From contig CM120647.1 in the NCBI GenBank assembly GCA_051362555.1, positions 18,018,651-18,082,650 of the forward strand: a stretch of 64,000 nucleotides of DNA, read 5' to 3'. The notes beneath the pieces were generated by a model. It was not told the DNA's origin and searched no databases. It saw only the letters and a program-made list of their open reading frames with translations. A program made the position numbers and the translations under genes. Below, in pieces: positions 1-12,317 of the stretch (position 1 is the stretch's first letter; each line of letters opens with the position of its first letter). The stretch comes from Lingula anatina (taxonomy: Eukaryota > Animalia > Brachiopoda).

Positions 1-460
1 TGTAAATAAAGCACATAATATTTACACTTGATTCATTTACTGACGACTGATGGTCTATTCCATGAAACGTGTGTCTATTACTTCAGTCCATATCAGTCAC
101 GCCAAAACGAGAAACAGAACTATAGAAACAAATATGCATTCGGAACATAATCAAAAATTGCAACTGAAAATAACATTAAGAAAAACAAAGAAAAAAAAAG
201 AAAGTAACTGTTACAGAAACCCATTCAGTAAGGCAATAAAGTAGTTTCTCTTAACTCTCCCTGAATTCTTCATAAATATCATTTAAGAATTTCACAATCC
301 ATAGTCTTTGGTAGCAGCCACTGCTGTCCTTTCTTTCCAAAATTCTTTCCCCCTCCATCCTTTTAACATGATGGTTATCATCCTCACACTCAAAATCAGT
401 CCACAGATTTTTATATAATATAACCTAAGATTTATTCTAGCAGCCGATCCTATCGTCCAA

Positions 461-2846
461 TCAAAACTCGTCATGTTCAATATTACTAGCAGAGTCCCTA
501 CTTGATCCAGAGTTTGGTTTCACAAAGATGCCCTCCATGGCCTGCCACAGGTTGGCGTCCGAGGGGGAGTGGTAGGCGCTGACCTCACGCTGGCCGTGGA
601 TGGGACGACCAAATGTGTCCCCGGAGACGTGTAAATAACTAAAAAAATCAATTCAGAATTGTCAAAAACAGATCACAAAGTTTCTTAAAAGAATTAATGC
701 TATGATAACCATCCTTTGTAAGTAGGCCTCTGGCCCTGTATTGCAAAAGACCAAATGTACAAAATATTGTAATTCAAAACATATACATGAAAATTGTACA
801 ACACAGTCAGAGAAAATTAAATTCAGAATTGTCAAAAAATGGCCACAAAATTTTATAGCACATTCGATGATACAATAATTAGCCCCTGTAAATATGTCTC
901 TGGCCCTATATTACAACTGACAATAATCAACAGTAATTATGATTTGTTAAATATGTGCATATGAAACTTGTACTTGGAAACTTTTAAGTTTAAAAAAACA
1001 AACATATTTAATACCATAAATTAAATGAAGAATTATTGTGACATAAGGGGGGCTATTTTATGTCTGAGTTCAAGGAAATGGCACTTTTCAGGCTTAGAAC
1101 TGACCATCATTTACTGATCATATCAAAACTGTCTGAGATAAAACTTGGAAGGCAATCAAGAACTTTAAATGTAAGGTAGGTGCATCTTGATCTCTGCAGA
1201 AAGGTAAACATAAAACTTCCTTGTAAAAGTTCAGTAATTGTGGAGCTGAATTCATAAATCATCCATCTTATGGTAACTTGATATTGACCCTTACTTCACA
1301 TTATTTTTTCTTTCTTTCTGTTATCTTTCCTTCTATTTTATACACATTTTATTTCTAGTTAAATTTTATCTGATTTTGGACAATGTCTAGATAGAAAATC
1401 CAACACTTACTGTTCTGTTACAACATGTTTTAGCCGGACAGGTTCAGTTCTGGACCAATATTTCCCACTACATGTCACTGCCCAGTGATCACCTAGAGAA
1501 TGACATTGTTTTATAACATACAGCAACACTTGCAAATGTACAGACAGGTGAAAGGACAATGATGAATACAATTCCTTTTCTTTTTATTGGAGAACAGTCA
1601 AGCACTAACAAAAAGCCTGATGTTAAACCCAATAAGTAAAGATTAAATGTTTCCAACAACTAATAAACTATAATTATGTATCACACACACACACACACAA
1701 AATAATACCATTCCTCCTCTAACAAAATAGTTACAAGCTAGACATATTCTGCTTTGACCATGAGAAATACAAAAATGAATCTATTCTCATTCCCAATTCT
1801 CTTTCACTTGTTTCAAATTTGGATTTTTAAAAACATTTAAATCCAGTTATCAGGCTACAGAATCACATCCTAATTTCCCAGCTACACTCCACTTGTCGTA
1901 CCTTCGTCACCCTCTCCTCCATCCCCAAATGCACTGACTTCCTGGTTTCTAGACAAAGGAGACTGGAAATGATGACTATGCAGATTCTTCTGTGTTGTGA
2001 CGTGTTGCAGTCTGATGGTCTGACCGCATTTTACTGGATTTCTGGAGAAAAAAACATAAAATTGTATAGGGAAATATAAAAAACATCTTTAGGAATTTAA
2101 TTATAAGTAAGTAACAGTGGGACTGGTTCTCATAAGCATTATCATAAATGAAATTGATACAAGTTGATAAATGCATACCAGAGAGCAATTTTTTTTTTTT
2201 TTTGTCTACTTGCCTAGATGGACATGGAAAGTAGTTCTTCTACTTAAGAAAAAAGACTGATGAAAAAAAATAAGATGATTGAATCTGTCTTAATACTCGC
2301 CACTTGAAAAAAATGCTTGCTGGTAAGTACTCAATGCACCCTCAGGTATTAACACTTTTTCTGACTTTTTTTAGTACACTTACTTTTAAACCAAACACTG
2401 AATACTGTTACTTACCCTCTAGTACACTGCCCACCCATCTTAGGCTGAACTTGCCAGTAACTGTTGTGATCATCTGAACTGTCCACTGCAGTCACGGACT
2501 GAAATTGTTCATTGATATTGCATATACGCAAACATATCTAGGCCTACTCTTAGATAATATTTCTCTTGGACAAACTTTTGGATAACTTAAAAATATTTTT
2601 TATCAAAGTAAAGTTAGGAAAGATAGAATAGGCTGATGTAACCAGTGGTCAGGGAGGGTCAGTCTTCAGGGGCGGATCCAGAGATTTTTCTGACAGTCTT
2701 CCAAATTACCTTTGTTGATTCATCCTCCGATAGCAAAAATGGATACCTGTCAATGTAAACTTGAAAGTCTGACCATCTTCTGGAAGACCCAGAAGATGGC
2801 CTAAATCCGCCCCTGGTGTTACATACCTTTAATAAAGAGGTGTGTA

Positions 2847-2884
<38 letters not shown>

Positions 2885-3581
2885 GTACCTGTTGTCCACT
2901 TCCAGACCCATATTTTACATCATGAGAATGCAGCCTCACACTTGCTCTTGTATTTAGAAGCTTCAACACTGAACCACATGTCACAAATTCATAGTCAAAT
3001 TCTGAAATGAAATCAAATATTATAAAATGTAAGGTCAATGTTGATGTCACTGAAACTGAAAAAATTGGTATTTCCAAAGAGAGTTAATATGCCCAAGTCA
3101 TAACAATTGCGCGTTGATAATCAGGATGTGTAACAAAAAAAAAAGAAAAAAAAACTATTAACGAGTACGAATACTCGTACTAGTAATCTATTTAAAAAGT
3201 CTAAATACTGTGTACGTTATTTGCTGTTCACCACCGACATTGTTCTCCTGTTCTCTGACACCAAAATGGCACTTTCACGGGAAGTGCTCATAATTTTCGT
3301 TCTTAAAAGTACTGAAAACGACAACGCGACGGTGTCACTTGCACCTACAATCAACTACCCAATGTCTCGGCATGGAGTCCGTTGTGAGACAAAACGATCG
3401 AAGACAGTGCCTCTATTCAGATGGCTATATCTATAAGAAAAACCCAGCGGATTATACAAATATCATAAGGAGAGATAAATCAAGGAGGTAACTTACTTGC
3501 AGCATCAATGGTATCTAGTAAAATGCACAACAGGACGGATACAATCCAGAAATTTGCGAGCTTCCTAAAGCCGGTTGACAT
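461..3581 (-). CDS. SDF2: Stromal cell-derived factor 2 / SDF2L1-like ER-lumen MIR-domain protein (~226 aa, 6 exons)
   Basis: Exons 3497-3581, 2889-3001, 2416-2498, 1902-2041, 1411-1492 and 461-638 are all GT-AG and phase-compatible. Translation: signal peptide MSTGFRKLANFWIVSVLLCILLDTIDAA, then VTCGSVLKLLN..VRLHSHDVKYGSGSGQQSVTAV, CGQTIRLQHVTTQKNLHSHHFQSPLSRNQEVSAFG, GRPIHGQREV..WQAMEGIFVKP, C-terminal HDEF. These match SDF2/SDF2L1 motifs closely. Confidence 0.96.
2667..2815. mobile_element. Short MITE with CAGGGGCGGAT/ATCCGCCCCTG termini (family A), in SDF2 intron 2
   Basis: Terminal inverted repeats with flanks GTCTT/GTGTT (near 5-bp TSD). Internal sequence is shared with copies at 38899-39074 and 50061-50234. 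Confidence 0.75.
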
Positions 3582-5120
3582 GTTGACACGTAAGGTTAAG
3601 CATGATGCATTTTCAAGCCTCCCTACTGGAAGAGCTCTGTAGATGTCAGCACTAGTACGGTTGTATCCAAGAAAACACCGCATCTCAGTAATGTGTCTGC
3701 TGTACTGGCCGAGACGTTTACATTTAGTAATTAATTCGCGTTTTGGAGGAGAAATACTCTTTCAAATTTATCTGTTATGTTTCTAAAACTCCCATATATA
3801 TGATTTCCAGATGGAAATTAAAATAAAAACATTAATTGGTGTATTTTTTTATTTATACAAAAATAAATATTTAACAATAATAATAAGTGGAAATATAAAG
3901 AGCAGATTCCATTCAAAAATGTTCACTTGATTTGAATCAAATTAAAGATTTCAATGAAAAGTTAAAAACACAAACACTTCAAGAGTTTCTTTTTTATAAT
4001 AATAATAATTATAATAATGATAATACTTTTAAGCACCTTGGAATCCTCACACTAGCTATTGCCTGGTATATAGAAACAAACAATGCGATTTTTTTATCAT
4101 AATGGCAAATAAACATTGAAAAGTGTTATTTTCCATGTTATTGCACAGTTTTTCACTTTTTTAAAATTATTTTTAAAGAACGAAAGCATACACTTCATTT
4201 ACAGTTCCTTATAACCAGAAGCAATAGGCAGTTTGTTTTCTAGTTTGATAAATGAAATGTCTAAACCATATGTATCAAATCCATACGATACAACCTAATT
4301 TCTTGAAAGGAAAATATCAGATAAATAACATTTGAATCAAAACATACATGTAAGGAAGCAATGAATGACTCTAATCTCTCATTCCCTTTTCCCTTTTTCA
4401 ATATTCTGAATTCTCATTTACAACAAATAACTGCCTTCAAAACCAAACATTTACCTTTCAAGAATCTGGAAAAAATTAGCCACTGTACACATCATGCCAT
4501 AACATAATATTTTTTTCCAAAAAGTAAATATTCCAGATCTCTACTAGTCTGTTATTTGCCTTACGTGGCTCTATAAGTTACCAACAATAGCTAAAAAAAT
4601 ATTTTCCACCCTTTATCAAATGCTAAGATCAGTCTTCCAACAAAAAGAAATTCTTCACTGATAGTTAGAGTTCACCTGCACTTAATTTTCTTTCATAGAA
4701 AGTTTCAGGTTAAATAAATGCATACAATTATTCAACATTACAATACTTGCACTTACAAGACACTTGGATTTACACAAATACACACTATTTATGGTAACTA
4801 TGCACTCAACTGGAACAAAATTTACCAATTCCAATTCCTCTACATGAAAAGTTTTCCATTACACCTGTATAAGTTAACAATTAAGAGTTTACATCCTTCT
4901 TCTCTTGTAAAATTGCTATCAATACAGTGACAACTTAGAGAGAAAAGGTATTCTTTTATAATGATTGATGTTACAACATGTGCTGTTTACTAGGAACTTA
5001 TACAATGATAGGTGGGGGTGCTTGTGCTCTGAAAAAACTGCCTCTGGACAGTAGGCACCAGATGTTAAACAGGCTTTTCAAGATGACTGAAGTTATCCTG
5101 TATACACATGGTTCCATATT

Positions 5121-6446
5121 TCAGTGTGTTCTCCTGGACTGGAGCTTGTTCAGGGCTTCCTCAGGCTGGACCTGCCCACTGTCTATCTGTTCACTCAGCT
5201 TCTTGCACTGAAAGGGTTAACATAAGAGAAGTACAAACAGATGAATAAATATACAATATAATACAATGCAGGTATACAATAAATATACAATATAAATAAT
5301 TTTAAATTAATTATAAATACAATAAATATACAATATAAATATAAAACATAATGCAATATATTACTTTATGAAAAAGCTGGAGTTGTTCATAATCCCCATC
5401 CCTTATTTTAGCCTTAAAAAAAAACAATGCCCCCATGTATCTAAGCCATTTCATCTTTACTTCTGCTATTTGACACAATATTCCAATAAGAAACAAATCA
5501 ACAACTAGTATATAGCTGACTGGCCGACGGACAGACTAAATACAAAAGAATTGACCATACCATTTCTAGTTCTTCACGCAAGGCAAGAATAGCCTTTTCA
5601 CGATTAGTGACCAGTTCCTCCAGGTATTGGTACCGCAGCTTCTTTCTTGCTCGACATTCTCTGGCACTCTGCCTGCTCTTCTCTAGCTTAGTTTTCTGGT
5701 CAACCCTTGATGGTTTTCTCCCTCTGCGCCCTCTTTTACCAGCCATGTTGGGCTTGAAAGTGAAAGTCAAACAAGCTGATTTTGGATTAGAATTGATTTA
5801 AAATCTACATGAATTTCCACTTTAATTGATATGCTGTCTAATAAGAGAACTTGTTGTTATCCAGTCTCCCCTCCTTTTGATGTGATAAGATAAAAATGTA
5901 CATGTTCACACACAGCATGTACAGAGTACTGCATTCTTCAAAGGATACATGTAGTGCAGTATACTGCCAGATAAGCAGTAGAAATACATCAGCTGTGTAA
6001 TTATATGTTCATGTATGTTATAACAGTAAAGTGATTGTCTTCAATCGACAGCTAATATTAAAATTGTTTATTTTTATATTTGAGGTAAACAATTTCCAAA
6101 TAGATGATGACTGAAGAAAATCACTACTCTTTCAGCATATAACGTACTGTAGGCCTACTGTAAAAGTAAACTCCCATCATTTAAAAGCATTAATTCACTA
6201 AACATTACACAACGTTAATTAACTGACAAACCAAATCGTCTCAGCTGAACGTTTCAAGGTGTCTCAATTACAAGAAATTTGATCTTGGTGCACAACACGC
6301 ACAGTCAACAAGGTTAATTAAGTCCAAGGCCATGGTTTCCTTTCGTAAGCAAGTGCACGTTCCAATGACAGTCACTGTTAAAATTAGCGAGAAAAAAATG
6401 CCTACTAAAACTTGGATTGTAGGAGATAACTCACCTTTTTCTCCAT
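5121..6446 (-). CDS. CREBL2: cAMP-responsive element-binding protein-like 2 (CREBL2/REPTOR-BP) bZIP, ~96 aa, 3 coding exons
   Basis: Main exon 5561-5752 encodes GRRGRKPSRVDQKTKLEKSRQSARECRARKKLRYQYLEELVTNREKAILALREELEM, nearly identical to the CREBL2 bZIP. Last exon 5121-5207 (CKKLSEQIDSGQV...RTH*). Candidate micro first exon 6435-6446 (ATG GAG AAA AAG|gtgagt) is less certain; the alternative start is the ATG at 5746. Confidence 0.92.
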
Positions 6447-6741
6447 ATGTTTTTCTTGTCCTGTATCTATGTTTTCGACAGAGCGATCGTCCATAAATCA
6501 AACTATCACGTAGTGCGTGAGTACTCTTGTTAATCCGGATTTCTTCTTAGCCAATGTGTGAACCAAAACAAAACGGTGGCCTAAATTTCCCTTAAGTGAA
6601 ATCTCATTGGTAGGTATTTTGGTATATGACCCAGTTTTACACCTAGGACATTTGATTGGTTGTTATTTTTGGACAGCCAATTAGAAAAAGGTTAAGAATG
6701 TTCTAGATGCTTGTAGTGACGTCATGGGATTTCCATAGAAC
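6447..6741. promoter_or_regulatory. Bidirectional promoter between CREBL2 (-) and TMEM205 copy 1 (+)
   Basis: Divergent ATGs are 295 nt apart. Four CCAAT/ATTGG boxes (6551, 6606, 6655, 6677) and a perfect CRE palindrome TGACGTCA at 6717-6724. Confidence 0.65.
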
Positions 6742-8495
6742 ATGGCTGTTGACAGGTGATTAGGAAACCGGTTCTCTCTGGATATACATTGAATAATTAA
6801 CTGATGCACACGTTTGTTGGCTTCATTGATATATCCTTTGGTATAATTAAATTTAGGGAGATGTGCAAACGATATTCTACTATATAGGGCCTGCCGTTTT
6901 TACACGGTATCTATAAATACAGTAGACGAACAAAGGCCTACCAGAGTTTTAGTTGTACTGGTATTACTACATGTACATGTACCTGTATTAGTAGCACTAA
7001 GTGAATTATAAAACTGGATTTAACCCCTACATAATCAAAAGATAACGACGTGCACAATAACATGCTTTCCTTGCAAATTTATGGTGCGGCTTTGCAGCTG
7101 AAGTGTTTCATTTTTTATTGTTTTAAAAACATCTTCCAGCACAAGTATATTAGTATGTACATGAACTAAACAGGGGCGGATCCAGGATTATTTGAAACGG
7201 AGGGGGTCCGTTTTTTCAGGAATGACAGGCTTACGATGCAAAGCCAACCCTTGACCCCTTGGCGTGGGTTTTGGGTATGGGCTGCTCAAGGGCCAAGATG
7301 ATTTGGAGTGTTTTGGAGAGCAAACGGTGTCATTTGGCACGGTTTAGAAATATGATTCAGCTGTAGTCAAAATTCTTATTCCAAGGTCACTGGAAAAGCG
7401 TTTTCATATTTTGGTGTGATTTTTTTTCGGAAATCGAAAGGGGGGGGGGGAGGAGGAGGAGAGGTCAGGACCCCCTGTCCCCCCCCTCCCAAATCTGCCA
7501 CTGTAGTAAACAATATGGGGTCTAATATCAGTGCACTGTACAGATTGTTAGGTCATGTTCTTGTCTACTCGGGTGGTATATACATGTACATTCACATCCA
7601 CCTCCACCCGGGCCATGAGGAGGGAAGTTCTGTACTACTGCAGTGCCGTATACTTCTTTACTATGTACCTGGTACGGTACATTACCGTTTGTCGTATACT
7701 TTCGTTGATTTGTTATCCATCTTTGTCAAGGGTTTGTTTTGGCTATACGTGTAAATGTACGATAGGGAAGATGCATACCGGTACGAATACCTGTACATTT
7801 TTACCTAAATTCATGCAGTACGCTCCCTCCGCTACACCCAGTATTTCATGATAACAGTTACTTCTGCAGAAACCATGTACGCCGACGACGTACAGTACAC
7901 GTACATGTACATGGGTACCCTCTGGTATCAGGGTTTTCTTAAATAGTATACAAAATTTCAGTATGAGCGGTACAAAAAAGTGGTTACAGATTACAAGCAT
8001 ATTCTGTGGCCAGAAGAATGACGGCGCCCTTTCACAGTTTTTACAGTTTCTCCTTCTCATCTAGGGCGTGGCTGGTTCTGGTCACATGTCTGGTCACGTG
8101 CGTGTCTCTTGCGTTCGGGGGAGATGGAGAGGAGCCCAGTTCACCGGGGACGTTCATTAAGTTTCTTCACCTGACTGCTATCTCTTCACATGTCGGGATG
8201 CAAGTATGGGTGTCATTTGTATCAGGTGTCTAAAAATACTATTTTTATTTATGTCAAATTATTTAAGTGTCTTGTTTTATATATTGTTTTATATATTATA
8301 TTATATTTTACATTTATTTATTAGATTTGTTTGTTGCTGTCTTCATAACCTACTCATTAACTTAGTAATATTTTATGCATTCCATTTAGATCGTTAATTA
8401 GCTTCAAACTTTGAGCTCTTTGTAGTCAAACTTGAGATCACGCAGCTGATTTTAATGTACAGTTTGTTTCAGTTGTATTTCACTTATATATTGTC

Positions 8496-8530
<35 letters not shown>

Positions 8531-9396
8531 TGCATCAGTGGTTTGGTTAAAGTGTTGCATTATACATGTGAACCTTTATAAAATGCTTTAGCCATCTTAT
8601 TTCTCAGGTATACTTCTGTTGAAAAGCACGTCTAGGCACACCTTTGGCCACGTACAAAGTTACATGTTCCCAGCTTATTTCGGGCTAGGATCTGCCTTAG
8701 AGGCCGTTGCCTTGGCAACCTTTGTATATGCCCATAACAGTTGGATCTGGGAATGGAGTGTCAAAGTCCAGGTGGGTCACTAACCTAGGTGCGATTTTCA
8801 CTTTATTTAAGTTATACATAACAGTTAAATGCGTGGTTAGAAAGGCAGTCTAAAATTTCTCTTTTTCCTATTAAGTTAATAGGCATAACTGTTCGGAAGT
8901 CATTCTCCTCAGGCTACAAAATTTATATATATATATATTCTCAAAAGTTGCACTTGCTTTCTTTATTTCTTTCTTTCCTGATTTTTTTTTTTTTTTCATC
9001 TGCAGTATTGTATGATCTTATAAGAACCAATCAATGCACATGTTTGACTGATGTCAAACTATTGTCTGTTTTTATCTCATTATATAGGCATCAGCGTTGG
9101 TAGTGTCCCTGTTCTGCTCTTTGGCCGAACTTGTCTACGTTGTCCCCATGACTGTAGACATCATGACCAGAATGTACAAAATAGAACGAGACAACGACAT
9201 CGGGAGTGTTGGGGTGGCAACAAGCCCGGAAGTGCGCGGACAGATTTCCGAGTTGATGGCTCGTGACGTGAATTATGCAGGGACCTACAGGAGGTTTTTC
9301 AAATGGCACGGGGTCAGTTCTTTGCTGAATATGACTGGAATAGCGGCCAATCTAATTTATTTGTTCTACATGACCTCCAAGTTGCAGAGTCTATGA
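6742..9396 (+). CDS. TMEM205: TMEM205-like (DUF4149) membrane protein, copy 1 (~215 aa)
   Basis: Exons 6742-6755 (ATG GCT GTT GAC AG|gt), 8065-8225, 8608-8771 and 9088-9396 are phase-compatible. Motifs FIKFLHL..GMQVWVSFVSG, RHTFGHVQSYMFPAYF, KIERDNDIG and YRRFFKWHGVSSLLN match human TMEM205 (GMQMWVTFVSG, RHTFGLVQSKLFPFYF, FFRYHGLSSLCN). Confidence 0.92.
7171..7503. mobile_element. Longer CAGGGGCGGATCC..ATC(C/T)GCCACTG non-autonomous DNA element (family A-related); further copies ~19016-19230, ~20505-20784, ~21188-21460
   Basis: Shared termini and shared internal sequence (…gcaaacggtg..tttggcacggtttagaa..tatgattcagct..gtcaaaattct…) across four loci. Confidence 0.7.
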
Positions 9397-9820
9397 TTCA
9401 AGGATTCTGGGACGTATTTTTACCTATTGGTAGTTATGTTCATGAGAGAACACAGAATGACGTAGATTTAGAAGTAAAGAGCCTTCAGTTTCAGCATTCT
9501 GAAGAAGGCATTTATACAAAAGTTTTTTTTTTTCATAAAATAACCAAATTTACACAATTGGAAGTTGAAGATGAGCACTTTTTGTCCTTAACTTTGTATT
9601 AACACTCTTATTGACAATTTGATTTAGACCAAACGACTGCATTTCACTTAGGCCAGTAGAGAACAGAGAATAAAACGGGTTCATATGAAATGACGTTAAC
9701 TTGTTTTATAAGTTTTTTTATGGGCGGCGCGCTGGAGCTAAGCCTTTTAAAACAACATAAGAATACAAGGCAGGCGCACTGAACCTTATAGAACCACTTA
9801 TCTTGTTCGCACAGTATACG

Positions 9821-10046
9821 GGTACTTTCCCAGAGATTTAGATCGATCTAAAGATTAAGATTTGGATCGACCTAACTCCCTTGGGGTTCACGCTAAATTG
9901 CAGTCAGCCGAGCGGGCACCATAGTCAATTACCCCCTTACAGCTTTTAGTAGGCGGGACAGACGCTTAAGCCGGCCAAGCTGACAGTAATCTAGTGAGAC
10001 TCCCCACAGGGATAGATCGATCTAAAAATCTATGGAAATGGGGTGC
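9821..10046. mobile_element. PIF/Harbinger-like MITE (family B, 'TAGATCGATCTA')
   Basis: Absent at the paralogous site after TMEM205 copy 2 (gtatacgtggcggagtgg at ~16691); 3-bp TSD ACG. Same family as 46347-46548, 51471-51696 and 57534-57748. Confidence 0.8.
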
Positions 10047-10350
10047 ACGTGACGGAGTGGAAATATTCTAATAAAAGCGGCTTTAAACTTGTAACAGCAG
10101 TAGAATCAATTATTTAAAAGACACATTTGGTTAATCAATTATTGATATATTACTTGTTTTAATTGCGCTCTGAAGGAAACAGGAGGCGAATGAATATTTC
10201 ATACTATCGTATCACTGATGAACATTTACCAAAAACGACAAATGCACAGGTAGAGAGGGATTCAATTTAAGAAGTTTGAAGAATTGGAAGCAGATCCGGA
10301 TTTTTTTTAAAAGAGGAATAATAGTAGATATTATTTGGGACTGCCTGAAA

Positions 10351-10523
10351 ATGCCAATTGGGACACTTCTGCTCTTTCTCCTTCATGTTAAATTCGGGCG
10401 CGCTTCCTCACATGCTTGCACCCTCCAGATGTTGGCAGCTGAGTACCGTCAGAATGGTGGGGTCTCTAAATCGCTAGGTGGCCACTCAAGAGAGGAATGT
10501 TCCATGGTATGCTTGACTGAGTG
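10351..10523 (+). pseudogene. Truncated relic of exon 1 of the PAN/apple-jacalin lectin gene
   Basis: MPIGTLLLFLLHVKFGRA..AEYRQNGGVSKSLGGHSREECSMVCLTE matches 38026-38210 (EYRQQGGVSQSLGGHSREDCSMVCLAD). Homology stops mid-domain and no downstream exons are seen. Confidence 0.8.
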
Positions 10524-10670
10524 TTGGAATAAACTACCACTAAAGCCCTGGGTAGATGTGGAAACGATGTTCTACTGTTTAGTGCCTTCAGTAATTAGAT
10601 GGTAGGCTGTAACGAAACTGATCCAGGGTACGTGTAACAGAATGTCAGCCCTAAATTTAGTCACATTTAG

Positions 10671-11016
10671 AGGGATAACAACTTTTCGTCAGAGTCTATA
10701 TTTCACAATAAGTATACCGTAAACAGCACACAAAAATATAATATATTCTATTTTACCACAAAAAACGGCAGTTATAGTAATCAATCTAAAATCTGTGCTT
10801 GCCATTCGAACATGTGACCTCCATACCGGTAGATGACAATACACTGCAATTATCTCTTAAGAAATAATTACAAAAATCAAACTTTTTAGGAAAAAAACAG
10901 GGACTAACTTTGAATGAATATACGTATTCATTAACCATTGGTAAGCAAGGGGAAATTGCCATCTACCCCAGAAAAATTTATATTTTGACCAAAATGAACA
11001 TTAATTTGTTATCCCT
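10671..11016. mobile_element. Kolobok-like MITE (AGGGATAA..TTATCCCT termini, TTAA-type target; family C)
   Basis: TIRs present; flanks TTAG/TTAA. Internal homology to 15025-15680 and, inverted, to 34120-34446. Confidence 0.7.
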
Positions 11017-11445
11017 TTAATTTTAATGGTTAGAGTTAGTTTGACTTAAATGACCTTAGGGAGAGGCTCACCTGCACAAATGAATGGGAAGTGGAGTCTC
11101 TGTCATGGAAGACTCTCGATCCAATCTGTCACGTTTAACCAGGTAAATTAATATATCTATAAGTTAGAATACTAGCTACATGTACTACATGGGGTACGTG
11201 TACAGGTATAGTTGTACCTAGTACTACGTGGTTTATGAAACGGGGTTTAACCCCTAAATCTTCAAAATATATGTACGTGCACAGTGACATACATGTACGT
11301 CCTTGCAGATGTATAATGCATCTTAACAACTCAAGGGTGTGATTTTTCTGAAACATGTACAGTCCCCTTGGCGTAGGGTTACTTCTGCAGTAACCATGTT
11401 CGACGACGACGTACATGTGTATGTACATTGTACCCTCTGATATCA

Positions 11446-12283
11446 TAGTGTAGATAATTGGTACAAAAAATTGCTCAAAAGGTGGAAAAAGCATGAAACT
11501 TGGCACAAATGTTCTTTGGACTACGCTGATCATTTTCAAGGGTAGTGCCCAACATTTCAAAGCGTTGCTTAGCAACCGTTGCTAAGGAAGTGATTTACCT
11601 TAGTAACAAGTTAATTGGATCTTTCTTGTTCAGTTTAAATGATTTAAAAAGGGCTTTTAATAATGTTTCAAGCCATCAGAACTATCACTAGACTATTTTA
11701 AGCCATTAAAAGAGCCCAGGTAAACCATTGCAACAGTTGCTAGGCAGCATATTACCCTAGCAACAAGTATTTAATAATTTATATTTAATAATATATATTT
11801 GATAATATATAAACAGATATCTCTGTAGCATTTTACATATCCTCTAGTTCCTTCACATCTTTTTGTTCTCATTCTACATAAACTAACATTTCATTTGCTT
11901 CTTAATTATTTATTAATAATGATTGAGATAGGTACATAAATATTGTATGCTTGCACAAACCCAAACACAAAAATCTCCGGAGATCTATCAATGACCACAC
12001 CTAAATTATCTTTAGCAGGGCAAATGATGCACGTCCAAACATTTTTTACATGCGGGCAATCCCAAAAAAACGTACAGAATATTTTCCCTAGCAGTATTGC
12101 AAAATTCACTAATTCATAAGATATGCATAAGTATTGAATATTCTATGATTTGTTCTGAATTGGAGCGACTTCAGTTTCGTGTGATCTGTTTCTTAAATGT
12201 TAGTTCCCAATACTAATACTAAAGTTTTTTTTTCTGCCATTCACCCTACACCTTTATCTGGTGATATTATATGGCTTTGGAGG

Positions 12284-12317
<34 letters not shown>

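Noticed and set aside
292-480. 62-aa ORF overlapping the end of SDF2
   Set aside because: Different frame, running into the SDF2 3' UTR; no recognisable homology.
640-975. ~180-bp diverged tandem duplication in the last SDF2 intron
   Set aside because: Real but ordinary intronic duplication; the second copy lacks the acceptor context.
8006-8064. ATG at 8018 (MTAPFHSFYSFSFSS) as the TMEM205 start
   Set aside because: The ATG is ACG in the three paralogs and the segment is a polypyrimidine tract ending in the conserved acceptor. The 14-nt upstream exon fits the phase better.
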